Assembly: GCA_038087875.1 (NCBI GenBank)
Contig: CM075993.1
Location: 3,660,001-3,724,000 of the forward strand
Length of the DNA: 64,000 bases
Origin: Malacoraja senta
Taxonomy: Eukaryota
Direction: 5' to 3'
The notes under the pieces are model-generated. The model did no database searches and was not told where the DNA came from. It was given only the letters and a program-made list of their open reading frames with translations. The translations under genes were made by a program, and so were the position numbers. Shown piece after piece: positions 24,736 to 36,079 of this stretch; the first letter of the stretch is position 1, and every line of letters begins with the position of its first letter.

Positions 24736-25398
24736 ATAACACTATTCCTTGTCATGAATCTTAATACCCAGTCATTAATCTGGTTACATGATTCGAGAAA
24801 CCTAACTCAAATTTAATGTTTTAAATGATTACAAATACTGCTTAAGGTTACCTGATAGTCAATTGAAACAGATTGCCAACAATGAATTGACTCGATATTA
24901 ACCAAGGAGTAATGACAAGTGCTTGAATTACTCTTGCCAAACAAGTTCCTACTTTCCAATTTCCCACACTTGCCTCCTCTGAGCCTTGTCCTCAATAACA
25001 ACAGTCTACCTGTTCTGCGTGCAGAAAATACTATTATTTGCCATTCAGATAGAGTAAACAATCAGAGACACAAGAAACTGTAGATGCCAGAACATTGAGA
25101 AAAAAAATCAAAGTTCTGGAGGAACTCAGCGGATTAGGGTTCGGGTTCTGTGGAAGCAGTCTGCAGATGGGTCCTGACCAAACTGTCACCTGTCCATTCC
25201 CTCCACAGTTTCTGCCTGACCTGCTGAGTTCCTCCAGCACCTTGTTTTTTTTTCCGATACTAATCGACCATTTCGAGATAGACACAAATGCTGGAGTAAC
25301 TCAGCGGGACAGGCAGCATCTCAGGATAGAAGGAATGGTTGATGTTTCGGGTCGAGGTCCCAAAACATCACCAATTCCTTCTCTCCAGAGATGGTGCC

Positions 25399-25646
25399 TG
25401 TAGATCAATCACTATTAACTGATTTGATCCATGTCTGGTTTTACTGTTGTACACCTGATCCGTAATCCAGTTTGGGTTTCTACTACGTCATCTAGTGTGC
25501 CGGTTCGGTTATTCTTCAGATTAATCTAGGAGCTTGAACCTACAACAGTTATGTTTATTCACTCTATATGTTCAGCAAATAAAGAACTTATATGCGAAGT
25601 TGAACGACGCAGTGTTTATACATCTTCATACATGGTGTCAGAAGTG
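25399..25646 (+). mobile_element. Gypsy-like LTR (TG...CA, about 234 bp) with primer-binding site
   Basis: AATAAA at about 25578. The LTR ends ..TACA at 25632 and is immediately followed by TGGTGTCAGAAGTG, complementary to the tRNA-Leu(CAA) 3' end. The 5' boundary is uncertain. Confidence 0.6.
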
Positions 25647-26400
25647 TCTCAGCGGATGTGACGACTGCATCATTTGCATCCAGTACAACTCTGCTTAGAC
25701 AAACAGCTTTGCCCGTTGGATTGCTTCCAATCCTGCCAGATTGAGGAGAATGGATGCTTGTACGTGGAGAGTCTTGTCGTGATGTGCAGTATCCATGGGG
25801 ACATCATACTCCTCCTCAAAGATACACCATCGTTCTCCGATTTCACCATCGGCACCAGCGGCTCCTTCGCCGGTGTAAAGACCAACTCGCGGTCTGCCGA
25901 CACCTGTCCCCCATTCAAACCATCAGTCCATCACACGGCATCTGGACATCTGTGTAACCATACTGCTGAGATGGCACCGGCTCGTTCACCGGTAACTCTT
26001 TGAAGCACTTCCCTCTGGAAGGCGACTCCGGACTGTCAAAGCCGCCATATCCAGACCTAAAAACAGCTTTTTTCCACGAGTAGTAGCTCTACTCAATAAC
26101 CAAATGTCTGTAGCCTCTATTTGCTCTGGTATTTTATTTAATTCACATGTTTAAACTATAATGTTTTATTCTTAATGTTTTAATGATTTATGTTTTATTT
26201 TTAATTGTTACTGTATGTCGTGTTGTTACTTGAGAGTGGAGCACCAAAGCAAATTCCTTGTATGTGTACATACTTGGCCAATAAAATAAACGTAGTCACT
26301 TATTATTATTCAAGTTTACTACATTGAAAAGCACACTCAAGGTCAATTATGACATCAAAGAAGCACAAAATAAGGTCATAAATTATTAACTTAATGGCTC

Positions 26401-27050
26401 TCAATAATAATAATAATAATATATTTTATTTATATACCGCTTTTCAGGTCTCAAAGTCGCTTTACATTGAGAGTCAAAAAAATAAATAAAAAATAGAGCA
26501 GTAAGACAGAGATGCAAAGGGGAGGGGAACATGGGACTAAGGGTATGCAGAGGTGAAGAGATGGGTCTTGAGGCGGGACTGGAAGATGGTGAAGGACTCA
26601 GAATTTCGGACCAGTTGTGGGAGGGAATTCCAGAGCCTGGGAGCTGCCCTGGGGAAGGCTCTGCCTCCAAAAGTGCAGAGGTTGGATTTCGGAGTGGAGA
26701 GGAGGACCGGCTGATGTGGATCTGAGGGACCGTGAGGGTTGGTAGGGGGAGAGGAGGTCAGTGAGATAAGGGGGGGGGCCAAGTGGTTGAGGGCTTTGTA
26801 GGTGAGGACCAGGATTTTGTAGATGATCCGGCGGGAAATGGAAGCCAGTGAAGTTCTTTGAGAACTGGGGTGATGTGGTGCCAGGATTTGGTGTGGGTGA
26901 TGAGTCGGGCGGCTGCATTCTGGACCAGTTGGAGTCGGTTGGATGTTGCTGGAATTGATGCCAAAGAGAAGAGAGTTACAGTAGTCCAGTCGGGAGGAGA
27001 TGAAGGCATGGATGAGTCTTTCAGCAGCGGGGGGTACAACTGTACGGGGG
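26401..27050 (-). mobile_element. L2 LINE 3' fragment
   Basis: ORFs 26537-27067 and 26758-27108 (LIHAFISSRLDYCNSLL; RLQLVQNAAARL; AAPRLWNSLP..FQSRLKTHLF) and a (TAT)n tail. Confidence 0.85.
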
Positions 27051-27149
27051 GTTCCAGGCACAGACAAGCTTTAAAACATGTTTTATTCAACTTGTACAGG
27101 TTTTCCAAACAAAAGATGGCACAAAAAGCTGGAGTAACTCAGCGGGTCA

Positions 27150-28980
27150 GAGAGCTGAAGAAGGGCATAAAGAGGGCCAAGCACTGCCATAAACTCAGGA
27201 TTGAGGAGCACTTCAACAACAACTCCGACCCCCGACGCATGTGGCAAGGCATCCAGGCCATCACGGACTTTAGACCCACCAACACCACCCCCACATCCAG
27301 TAACGCCTCCTTCCTTGAGGAGCTCAACCACTTCTATGGCCGTTTCGATAGGGACAATCAGCAGTTGGCCATCAAGGCGGTGCTCCCTGCCGATCACCAG
27401 CCCCTCTCACTCACCCCCTTCGACGTGTACGTGGCACTGAGTAGGACTAATGCACGTAAGGCTGCTGGCCCCGACGGCATCCCCGGGCGCGTCCTCAGGG
27501 CCTGTGCTGCGCAGCTGACAGACGTCTGGACTGACATCTTCAACCTGTCACTTGCCCAAGCAGTTGTGCCCACGTGCCTTAAATCCACCTCCATCGTGCC
27601 GGTGCCAAAACACTCCACTGCGGCAAGCCTCAACGACTTCCGCCCAGTTGCACTTACTCCCATCATCGCCAAGTGCTTCGAGAGGCTGGTCCCTGGCACA
27701 CCTCAAAGGCTGCCTACCCCCCACGTTGGATCCCTATCAGTTTGCCTACCGCAAGAACAGGAGTACAGAGGATGCCATCTCAACGGCACTTCACTCCGCC
27801 CTCTCCCACCTCGACAACAGAGACACTTACGTAAGAATGCTGTTCATCGATTACAGCTCAGCATTCAACACCATCATACCCTCTAAACTGATCACCAAAC
27901 TCGGTGACCTGGGCATTGACCCCTCCCTCTGCAACTGGATACTGGACTTTCTAACCAACAGACCCCAGTCTGTTAGGTTAGACAAGCCACACCTCTTCAA
28001 CCCTCACCCTGAACACCGGCGTTCCACAGGGCTGTGTGCTGAGCCCCCTCCTCTACTCGCTCTTCACCTACGACTGCACATGGTACTAACACCATCATCA
28101 AGAATGCAGATGATACAACGGTGATTGGCCTCATCAGCAACAACGATGAGTCGGCCTATAGGGAGGAGGTCCAGCTCCTAGCAGCATGGTGCGCTGACAA
28201 CAACCTGGCCCTTAACTCCAAGAAGACCAAGGAGCTCATTGTAGACTTCAGGAAGTCCTAGGGGCGGCATGCACACCCCCATCCACATTAACGGGAGGGA
28301 GGTGGAACGTGTTTCCAGCTTCAGGTTCCTGGGGGTCAACATCTCCGATGACCTCTCTTGGACCAACAATACCTCAACTCTGGTCAAGAAGGCTCACCAG
28401 CGTCTCTTCTTCCTGAGGAGACTAAAGAAGGTCCATCTGTCTCCTCGGATTCTGGTGAACTTCTACCGCTGCACCATCGAGAGCATCCTTACCAACTGCA
28501 TCACAGTATGGTATGGCAACTGCTCTGTCTCCGACCGGAAAAGCACTGCAGAGGGTGGTGAAAATTGCCCAACGCATCACCGGTTCCTCACTCCCCACCA
28601 TTGAGTCTGTCCAAAGCAAGCGTTGTCTGCGAAGGGCGCTCAGCATCGCCAAGGACTGCTCTCACCCCAACCACAGACTGTTTACCCTCCTACCATCCGG
28701 GAGGCGCTACAGGTCTCTCCGTTGCCGGACCAGCAGGTCCAGGAACAGCTTCTTCCCTGCGGCGGTACACTACTCAACACTGTACCTCGGTGACTGCCAA
28801 TCACCCCCCCCCCCCCCCCCGGACACTCCTCCCACCAGGATTTATTAGATTAGATTTATTTATTTACTGCTCATATTTATGTCGCTCTTCTAGGGAGATG
28901 CTAACTGCATTTCGTTGTCTCTGTACTGTACACTGCACAATGGACAATAAAGTTGAATCTGAATCTGAATCTGAATCTGA
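27150..28980 (+). mobile_element. Rex1/Babar-like LINE, 5'-truncated, with a frameshifted reverse transcriptase
   Basis: [45 protein letters not shown] spread over several frames; (TCTGAA)n tail. Inserted within a PLE pseudo-LTR (27115-27150 and 28981 onward). Confidence 0.9.
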
Positions 28981-29200
28981 AGCATCTCTGGAGAAAAGGA
29001 ATGGGCGGTGTTTCAGGTCGAGACCATTCTTTAGGCTGAGAGTTAGGGGAAAGGGAATCGGGGGATATAGACGGTGATATAGAGAGATATAGAACAAATG
29101 AATGAGAGATATGAAAAAACGTAACAATGATAAAGGAAACAGGCCATTGTTAGCTGTGGACGAGTTAGAGACAATGAGACTCAACAAGAGGACTTTGAAG

Positions 29201-29548
29201 GTTTCGGCCCGAAACGTTACCTATTTCCTTCGCTCCATAGATGCTGCTGCACCCGCTGAGTTTCTCCAGCACTTTTGTGTACCTTCGATTTTCCAGCATC
29301 TGCAGTTCCTTCTTTAACACTTTGTCTACTCCACTGCGAAATCTCGTCAAGGTATGCCTACTTTGAAGAAGTTCTCCTCCTCTCTCCGGAGACTGTTCGG
29401 GCTCCTCCTCCGCCTTTTTCCTTTTTTCCTTTCTTCTCCCCACCCCCTATCAGTCTGAAGAAGGGTTTCGGCCCGAAACGTTACCTATTTCCTTCGCTCC
29501 ATAGATGCTGCTGCACCCGCTGAGTTTCTCCAGCACTTTTGTGTACCT
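29201..29548 (+). mobile_element. Internally deleted Penelope-like unit with two tandem pseudo-LTRs (retrozyme-like)
   Basis: 15-bp TSD AAGAGGACTTTGAAG (29186-29200, 29549-29563). The repeat GTTTCGGCCCGAAACGTTACC occurs at 29201 and 29465 (period 264). Intact core CTGAAGA at 29455. Confidence 0.8.
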
Positions 29549-29672
29549 AAGAGGACTTTGAAGCTCATACAACGACTTGGGTGGGGGAGGGACGGAGAAA
29601 GGAGGATGCAAGGGTTACTTGAAGTTAGAGAAATCAATATCATACCATATCATATCAACAATCTGAATTACA

Positions 29673-29759
29673 AGGGTTTCGGCCCGAAACGTTGCCTATT
29701 TCCTTCGCTCCATAGATGCTGCTGCACCCGCTGAGTTTCTCCAGCATTTTTGTCTACCT
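29673..29759 (+). mobile_element. 87-bp pseudo-LTR insertion with an 11-bp TSD
   Basis: TCTGAATTACA at 29662-29672 and 29760-29770. Confidence 0.8.
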
Positions 29760-29806
29760 TCTGAATTACACTATTTGTCATGAGTTGCATCTGCAACTGC
29801 ACATGG

Positions 29807-29974
29807 TGGCCACCAGAGGGCTATTCAAGGACCGAGCAGGTACAATGTCAAAAATCTGCTAAATGTTTCTAGACAGGAACACAAGACAGGAACACTGCAT
29901 GTTTGTTAATTAAATGCCTTCCAGTAAAACAGGTCTAGGTCCAAAATAGGGTGGGTTATGCCATCTACTGGAGC
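29807..29974. promoter_or_regulatory. Two candidate CTCF motifs
   Basis: TGGCCACCAGAGGGCTA (+, 29807-29823) and CCAGTAGATGGCA (-, within 29958-29974) in repeat-free sequence. Confidence 0.45.
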
Positions 29975-32759
29975 GAATCTGCAGAAGTACTGACTGTGAG
30001 TCTTAAACTAACCCAATTTCTGAAGCGTAGCTCAGAAACACAACTAGCGAAATCTCAGAATTGACGTACATACCATTGACACTTTCATTGACTTGTCAAA
30101 AAAAAATATTTTGGAATGTAAATATGGTGCAGAGAAAGAAAACTTGCAAAATATATCAATTTCCTTTAAATGCCACTATCTGTAAGTTCCCTCTCAAGGC
30201 ACACACCACTGTGGTTTTAAAATATTTTGCTGTTCCAACAATTTTGCAACCACAGTTTTCAAAGAATTGTTGCAACTGAAATGATTGTGCAGTGCGATAC
30301 ATGCCAACACCAAGTCAATTTTCAGTGTAGCTCTAAAGTGGAGTTGGGAGGTGTGGAGGAGATTTTGTAATCTTTGTTCTCTTTAAACATCTGCTGCATT
30401 AAAATGTCAAATTAAACAACATGCCACAAGGAAGACAAAAACAACAATGCTCGAATGGTTGACACTAAAGCAAAGACTGTTTCCCCCCAAAAAATGAAAA
30501 CAGCAAGTTCTTTCATTTTTGCGAACAAAAAAGATTGGTATCGGTTTAGTATTGTCACATGTACTGAGATACAGTGAACATGAGTGTCATACACATGTAT
30601 AACAGATAGCACCAACTGAAAAATGCCAGAGTTATTATTATTTTTTAAAATTATTTTTATTAGAAGCAATTGTACAAGAATAAAATATTCGGCATGTAAA
30701 ATTATACAATTATTGTACAGATTCAATTTTGACCTTTTATCCTGAAAATGAGGGAGAAGAAGAGTGAAAAGTGAAAAGATAGGACCCCTAGGCTACCAAA
30801 GTAGTGTGGCCAAAGTGAATAAAGATATGAGAGGAAAAGGAAAAAAAATAAAACAATAAAAAAGTGGAGATATACCTGCCCCTTGTCCCCCCCACCCCGC
30901 CCACCTCACCCAACCCATAGTTGGATTTAAATCCAAATTTGTGTTGTGCCATACTATCCTTGTAAGAATTCGGTAAAGGGTGTCCATGTCTTGAAAAATT
31001 GATCTGTTTTTTCTGCCAAGACAAGCCAAATATTTTCCAAATGATTTGGTATTTAATAAACTGTGCACCACTGTGAATAGCTCTGAGGTGGAGGAGAGAG
31101 ACAGAGCTGGCTCATACCTGGACCTTTCAGGGTTTGATCAGATTTCTGGTGATGGTTTTACAGCATCCTAACGTTGCAGTTGCAGAGGAAGAGTCCAAGA
31201 TCAGCAACGATGTAGGTTGGAAAATCTGGACTGCACCCCAGCTTATTGGAGGACCATTCAGTAGTCTGATGGCAGTGGGGAAGAATCTGTTCTCGAATCT
31301 GCTATTGTGCGGTTTCAAGCTTTTGAATCTTCTGCCTGACAGTGATGGAAAAGTGGTTCTTCACTATGTTGGCTGCCGTCCCAAGACAGTGTGAAATGTA
31401 GATGCAGTCAAAATGCAATATATTTTCAATTCAACTTGGGATACTGCAAGGCTAATATTTATTATCTATCCAGAAATAGTCATAGTGTCATACAACGGTG
31501 GAAACAGGCCCTTCAGCCCAACTTGCCCGCGTCTACAGTCTCACCGGCCTGCATTTGGCCCATATCCCTCTAAACCTACCCAATGCATGTACCTTAAATG
31601 TTGCAATGGTAGCTGCCTCAAATATCTCCTCTGGCATCTTGTTCCACACACCCGCCACCTTTTGTGTAAACAAAATTACCCTTCAGGTTCCTTTTAAATC
31701 TTCCCCCCCCCCCCCCACCTTAAACCTATGTTAAATATATATATGTATATATATATCAATACATTTCAATATGTTCTCTATGCAAGAAGGAACTGCAGAT
31801 GCTGGTTTAAACCGGAGATAGACACACAAAGCTGGAGGAACTCAGCGAGACAGGCAGCGTCTCTGGAGAGAAGGAATGGGTGACGTTTCGGGTCGAGACC
31901 CTTCTGGTATATTCTTTGTTTAAGAAGGAACTGCAGATGCTGGAATATCGAAGGTAGACAAAAGTGCTGGAGAAACTCAGCAGGTGCAACAGCATCTATG
32001 GAGCGAAGGAAATAGGCAACGTTTCGGGCCGAAACCCTTCTTTATATATTCTCTGATTGTGATTCCCCAACTCTGGGCAAAAGACTGTGCAATTTACATG
32101 ATGTATTCCTCTCAAGATGTTGTGCTACCTCTATGACATCACCTGTCATTCTCCTGTGCTCCCTAGCCTGCTCAAGCTCTCCCTATAGTTCAGGCCTTAG
32201 AGTCCTGGCAACATCCTCGTAAATCTTATTTGCATCTGCACAATATCAAAACCACAAATGCTGATGCCAAGTGTAAGATTGCTCATTTCAACTCACTCTA
32301 TTGCAGATATTCCCTTAGTTCTACCCATCCCCCAACACCCACCATCTTCTGCACCACTGAAAAAGAATGTTTTCTCTCTAGACTGTAGAGAAACGGGCCC
32401 TTCGACCCACCGATTCCACACCGACTATTGATCACCCCGTGCATTAACTCTGTCCTACACACTAGGGACAATTTACAATTTACAGGCAGGAGGTACGGAA
32501 GTTTGAAAACACATATCCCCCAGGTTCAGGAACAGTTTCCTCCCAGTTTGAGATTATTAAAGGCACGTGTCGCCACCCTCCATAGCCCCCTTATTTATGA
32601 ATTAAATTGAAGCTAGTAGACATCCCCAAAGTTTTCCTTCACTCCTCCCCAGCAGAAGTGCAAACATTTTAATCCCTGTCACCAAAGCCTGCATTGTGAT
32701 GCAATCCATTTGCATCTCACCACTGGTGTGGCAGTAAGGCCTTTGAGAATTTGGACGAG

Positions 32760-33970
32760 TCATAGAGTCATACACAATGGAAGCAGGCCCTTCGGCCCAA
32801 TTTGCCCACACCGACCAATATGCCCCATCTACCCTAGTCCCACCTGCCTGCTTTTGACCCATATCCCTCTAAACCTACCCTGTCCATGTACTTGTCCAAA
32901 TGACTCTTAAACGTTGCGGAAGTACCAGCCTCAACTACCTCCTCTGGCAGCTTGTTCCATACACCAACCTTTGTGTAAAAAAGCTACCCCCTCAGATTCC
33001 CATTAAATCTTTCTCCTCTCACCTCAAACCTATGATATTCTCAATTCTCCTACTCTGGGCAAAAGACTCTGTGCGTTTACCCAATCTATTCCTCTCATGA
33101 TTTTGTACACCTCTGTAAAATTACCCCTCATCCTCCTGCTCTCCAACGATTAAAGCCCCAGCCTGCTCAACCAATCTCTCTATAGTTTGGTACCCGAGGA
33201 CTGGCAACATCCTGGTAAATCTTCTCTGAACCCTTTCAAACTTGACAATATCTTTCCTATAACACGGTGACCAAAACTAAGCACAATACTCTAAAAGTGG
33301 CCTGTCCAATGTCTTATTATAACTGCAACATGACCTCCCAACTTCTATACTCAATATTCTGACTGATGAAGGCCAGTGTGACACTACTTTCAAAGAACTA
33401 TGCACCTGCACTCCTCCGTAAATCCTTCTGCTCCACAATGCTCCCCATACCCCTATCATTCGGTGTGTAGGTCGTGCCCATGTTAGACTTTCCAAAATGC
33501 AACCCCTCACATTTCTCTGTATTAAATTCCATTAACCATTCAGATCACCTGCCCAACCGATCAAGATCCTGCTGTAATCTTGGACAACCATCTTCACTGT
33601 CTACAAACCCGCCCACTTTGGTGTCATCTGCAAGTTTGCTAATCATGCCGAGTATAGATGACAAACAGCAATGGGGCCAGCTCTGAACCCTGAGGCATAC
33701 TGTTAGTCACAGACCTCCAGTCTGAAAAAAAATTCCATCATCACCCTCTGCTTTCCTCCATGAAGCCAATTTTCTATCCTTTCAGCTACCTCTCCTTGGA
33801 TCCCATATGATCTAATCTTCCAGAGCAGCCTACCCTGTGGAACATTGTCAAAAGGCTTACTGAAATCCATATATTCAATACAATACCTACAGCTCAGCCT
33901 TTATCAACCTTTTGGTCACATCTTCAAAAAACTCAATCAGGTTCATGAGACACGACCTCCCATGTACAAA
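32760..33970 (-). mobile_element. Older CR1 LINE fragment
   Basis: Minus-strand CR1 RT motifs (PQGSELAP, ISKLADDTKVG, RPLLEYCA) with stops and frameshifts. Confidence 0.8.
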
Positions 33971-35226
33971 ACCAGTCTGAAGAAGGGTTTCGGCCCGAAA
34001 CGTTGCCTATTTCCTTCGCTCCATAGATGCTGCTGCACCCTCTGAGTTTCTCCAGCACTTTTGTCTACCTTCGATTTTCCAGCATCTGCAGTTCCTTCTT
34101 AAACAGGCTGGTTATTCCTAATTTCACTGTATCATTTTATGGGATTTTACAAGAATGATCCCAGGAATGAGTAGGTTAACCTATGATGAATGTTTTGACG
34201 GCACTGGGCCTGCAATTGCTGCCGTTTAGAAGAATGAGGGGGGGACCTCATTGGAACATACAGAATAGTGAAAGGCTTGGATAGAGTAGATGTGGAGAGG
34301 ATGTTTCCACTGGCTGGTGAGCACGCGACAAAAGCATGTCACTGTACCTCGGTACACGTGACAATAAACTAAACTGAACTGAGCTGAACTGAAACTGAAC
34401 GGACCCAATCCGCTGAAATATTCTGACCCGAAACATCGCCTGTCCATTCCCGCCACAGATGCTGGTCACTTAAATTTCATTATTATTCATTATTTCATTA
34501 TTATTTAACAATTATTATAGTGCACTTGGCACTTTCAATGCCTTGCATCTTTTGTATCTTTTGAATGGTGGACCAATTTCCCTCTGGGATAAAGAAAGCG
34601 GTATGGTATGGTATCGCATGCTGAGTTCCCCCCAGAAACTTGTTTTCCTTTCAAGGTCCCTTTATCTCTCGTGTCTCAGCTTCTAGTACTTATTCTGTTT
34701 TTGCTTCAGATTTCCAGCATCTGCAATTCCCCCCTCCCTGATTTTCATTTATAGCTCATTACAAGGTGCTGCCTGGAGACACTGACCAAAGACACTTCCC
34801 TCTCCACAAATACTGTCCAATCCAATGGATACATCCAGCGTGTCTTTCTATCGCAGTCAAATCAAATAGGACAAATCAAATCTCACAGAGAGTGGTGAGT
34901 CTGTGGAATTCTCTGCCTCAGAGGGCGGTGGAGGCAGGTTCTCTGGATGCTTTCAAGAGAGAGCTAGATAGGGCTCTTAAAGATAGCGGAGTCAGGGGAT
35001 ATGGGGAGAAGGCAGGAACGGGGTACTGATTGGGGATGATCAGCCATGATCACATTGAATGGCGGTGCTGGCTCGAAGGGCCAAATGGCCTATTGTCTAT
35101 TGTCTATTGACATGTTTTCGCTCCCAACCCGTCTATTTTGCCTCAAGACGATGATAGTGCTGGAGGAACTCAGCGGGTCAGGCAGCATCTATGGTGATAA
35201 TGGGCAAACGACATTTCTAATCTGGT

Positions 35227-35305
35227 CTGAAGAAGGGTCCCGACCCGAAACGTCGTCTGTCCTCCACTCCTCAGAGTCTGAAGAAGGGGTTCGGCCCGAA
35301 ACGTT
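35227..35305 (+). ncRNA. Two tandem minimal hammerhead-ribozyme motifs (predicted)
   Basis: CTGAAGAAGGGTCCCGACCCGAAACGTC at 35227 and CTGAAGAAGGGGTTCGGCCCGAAACGTT at 35278. Confidence 0.55.
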
Positions 35306-36028
35306 GCCTATTTCCTTCGCTCCATAGATGCTGCTGCACCCGCTGAGTTTCTCCAGCATTTTTGTCTACCTACTCCTCTGATGTTGCCTGGACTCACTGA
35401 GTTCCTCTAGCTCTTTGCGTTTCATTCTTGTGAAACACTAGCAGTGTGTGAGACTGTCACTATGTTTTGTGCTTCTAAGATCATTAACATGTTATTTCGC
35501 ATTAAATATTAGTATTGCTGTTAAAGATTGCCACTCTAGAATGGTGATATGAATCTGAAACGCTTCGGGGAATATTTGGGTCGTGAGTTTGGCGAGGGGG
35601 TGGTTTCTGTTAAGGCGGCTAATTTTCCTTATTAGGGCCAACAGAGTATATTTTGGGCTATTGGTTGATGTTTTTTTGGGGGTGGTGAGCAAATCAAGCC
35701 CAGATTAGTAAACCGTGACAACTGTATATGTCACAGGCGCAAACATCCCATGTTTGAAAGGTAACCCCGTTACTATTTGTGACGCAAATTGCGTTAAAAA
35801 AAAAAACTCCCGGCACCAGGCTAAAGAAGTTATACCGTCTAAACGGTGCGGTGTGCGTGTTTGTACAGACTGGCTGGGCGAAGGAAAGATAACAGAAGGA
35901 CAGTTAGGCAGAGAAAGTTGACCAATGATAATTTTCTTGTAGTAAATGAGCCTGCAGACCAGTCTCCTTCTCTAACCACCATTGAACGTATCAAGAATTC
36001 CCCCAGTTGCAAGTCTAAGAACTCGAAG

Positions 36029-36079
36029 ATGTCGGAGAATTTAGCACTTGTCGTATACGGACCAGGCGATATAAAACTG
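36029..36079 (+). CDS. SORD: Sorbitol dehydrogenase-like copy A, coding exon 1 (MSENLALVVYGPGDIKL)
   Basis: ATG in a good context (AAGATGT); matches the SORD N-terminus NLSLVVHGPGDLRL; GT donor at 36080. Confidence 0.9.

Noticed and set aside
26858..28848. Intact reverse transcriptase gene
   Set aside because: A frameshifted, 5'-truncated Rex1-like LINE with a damaged YADD region; the ORF start is chimeric with an antisense L2 and a pseudo-LTR.
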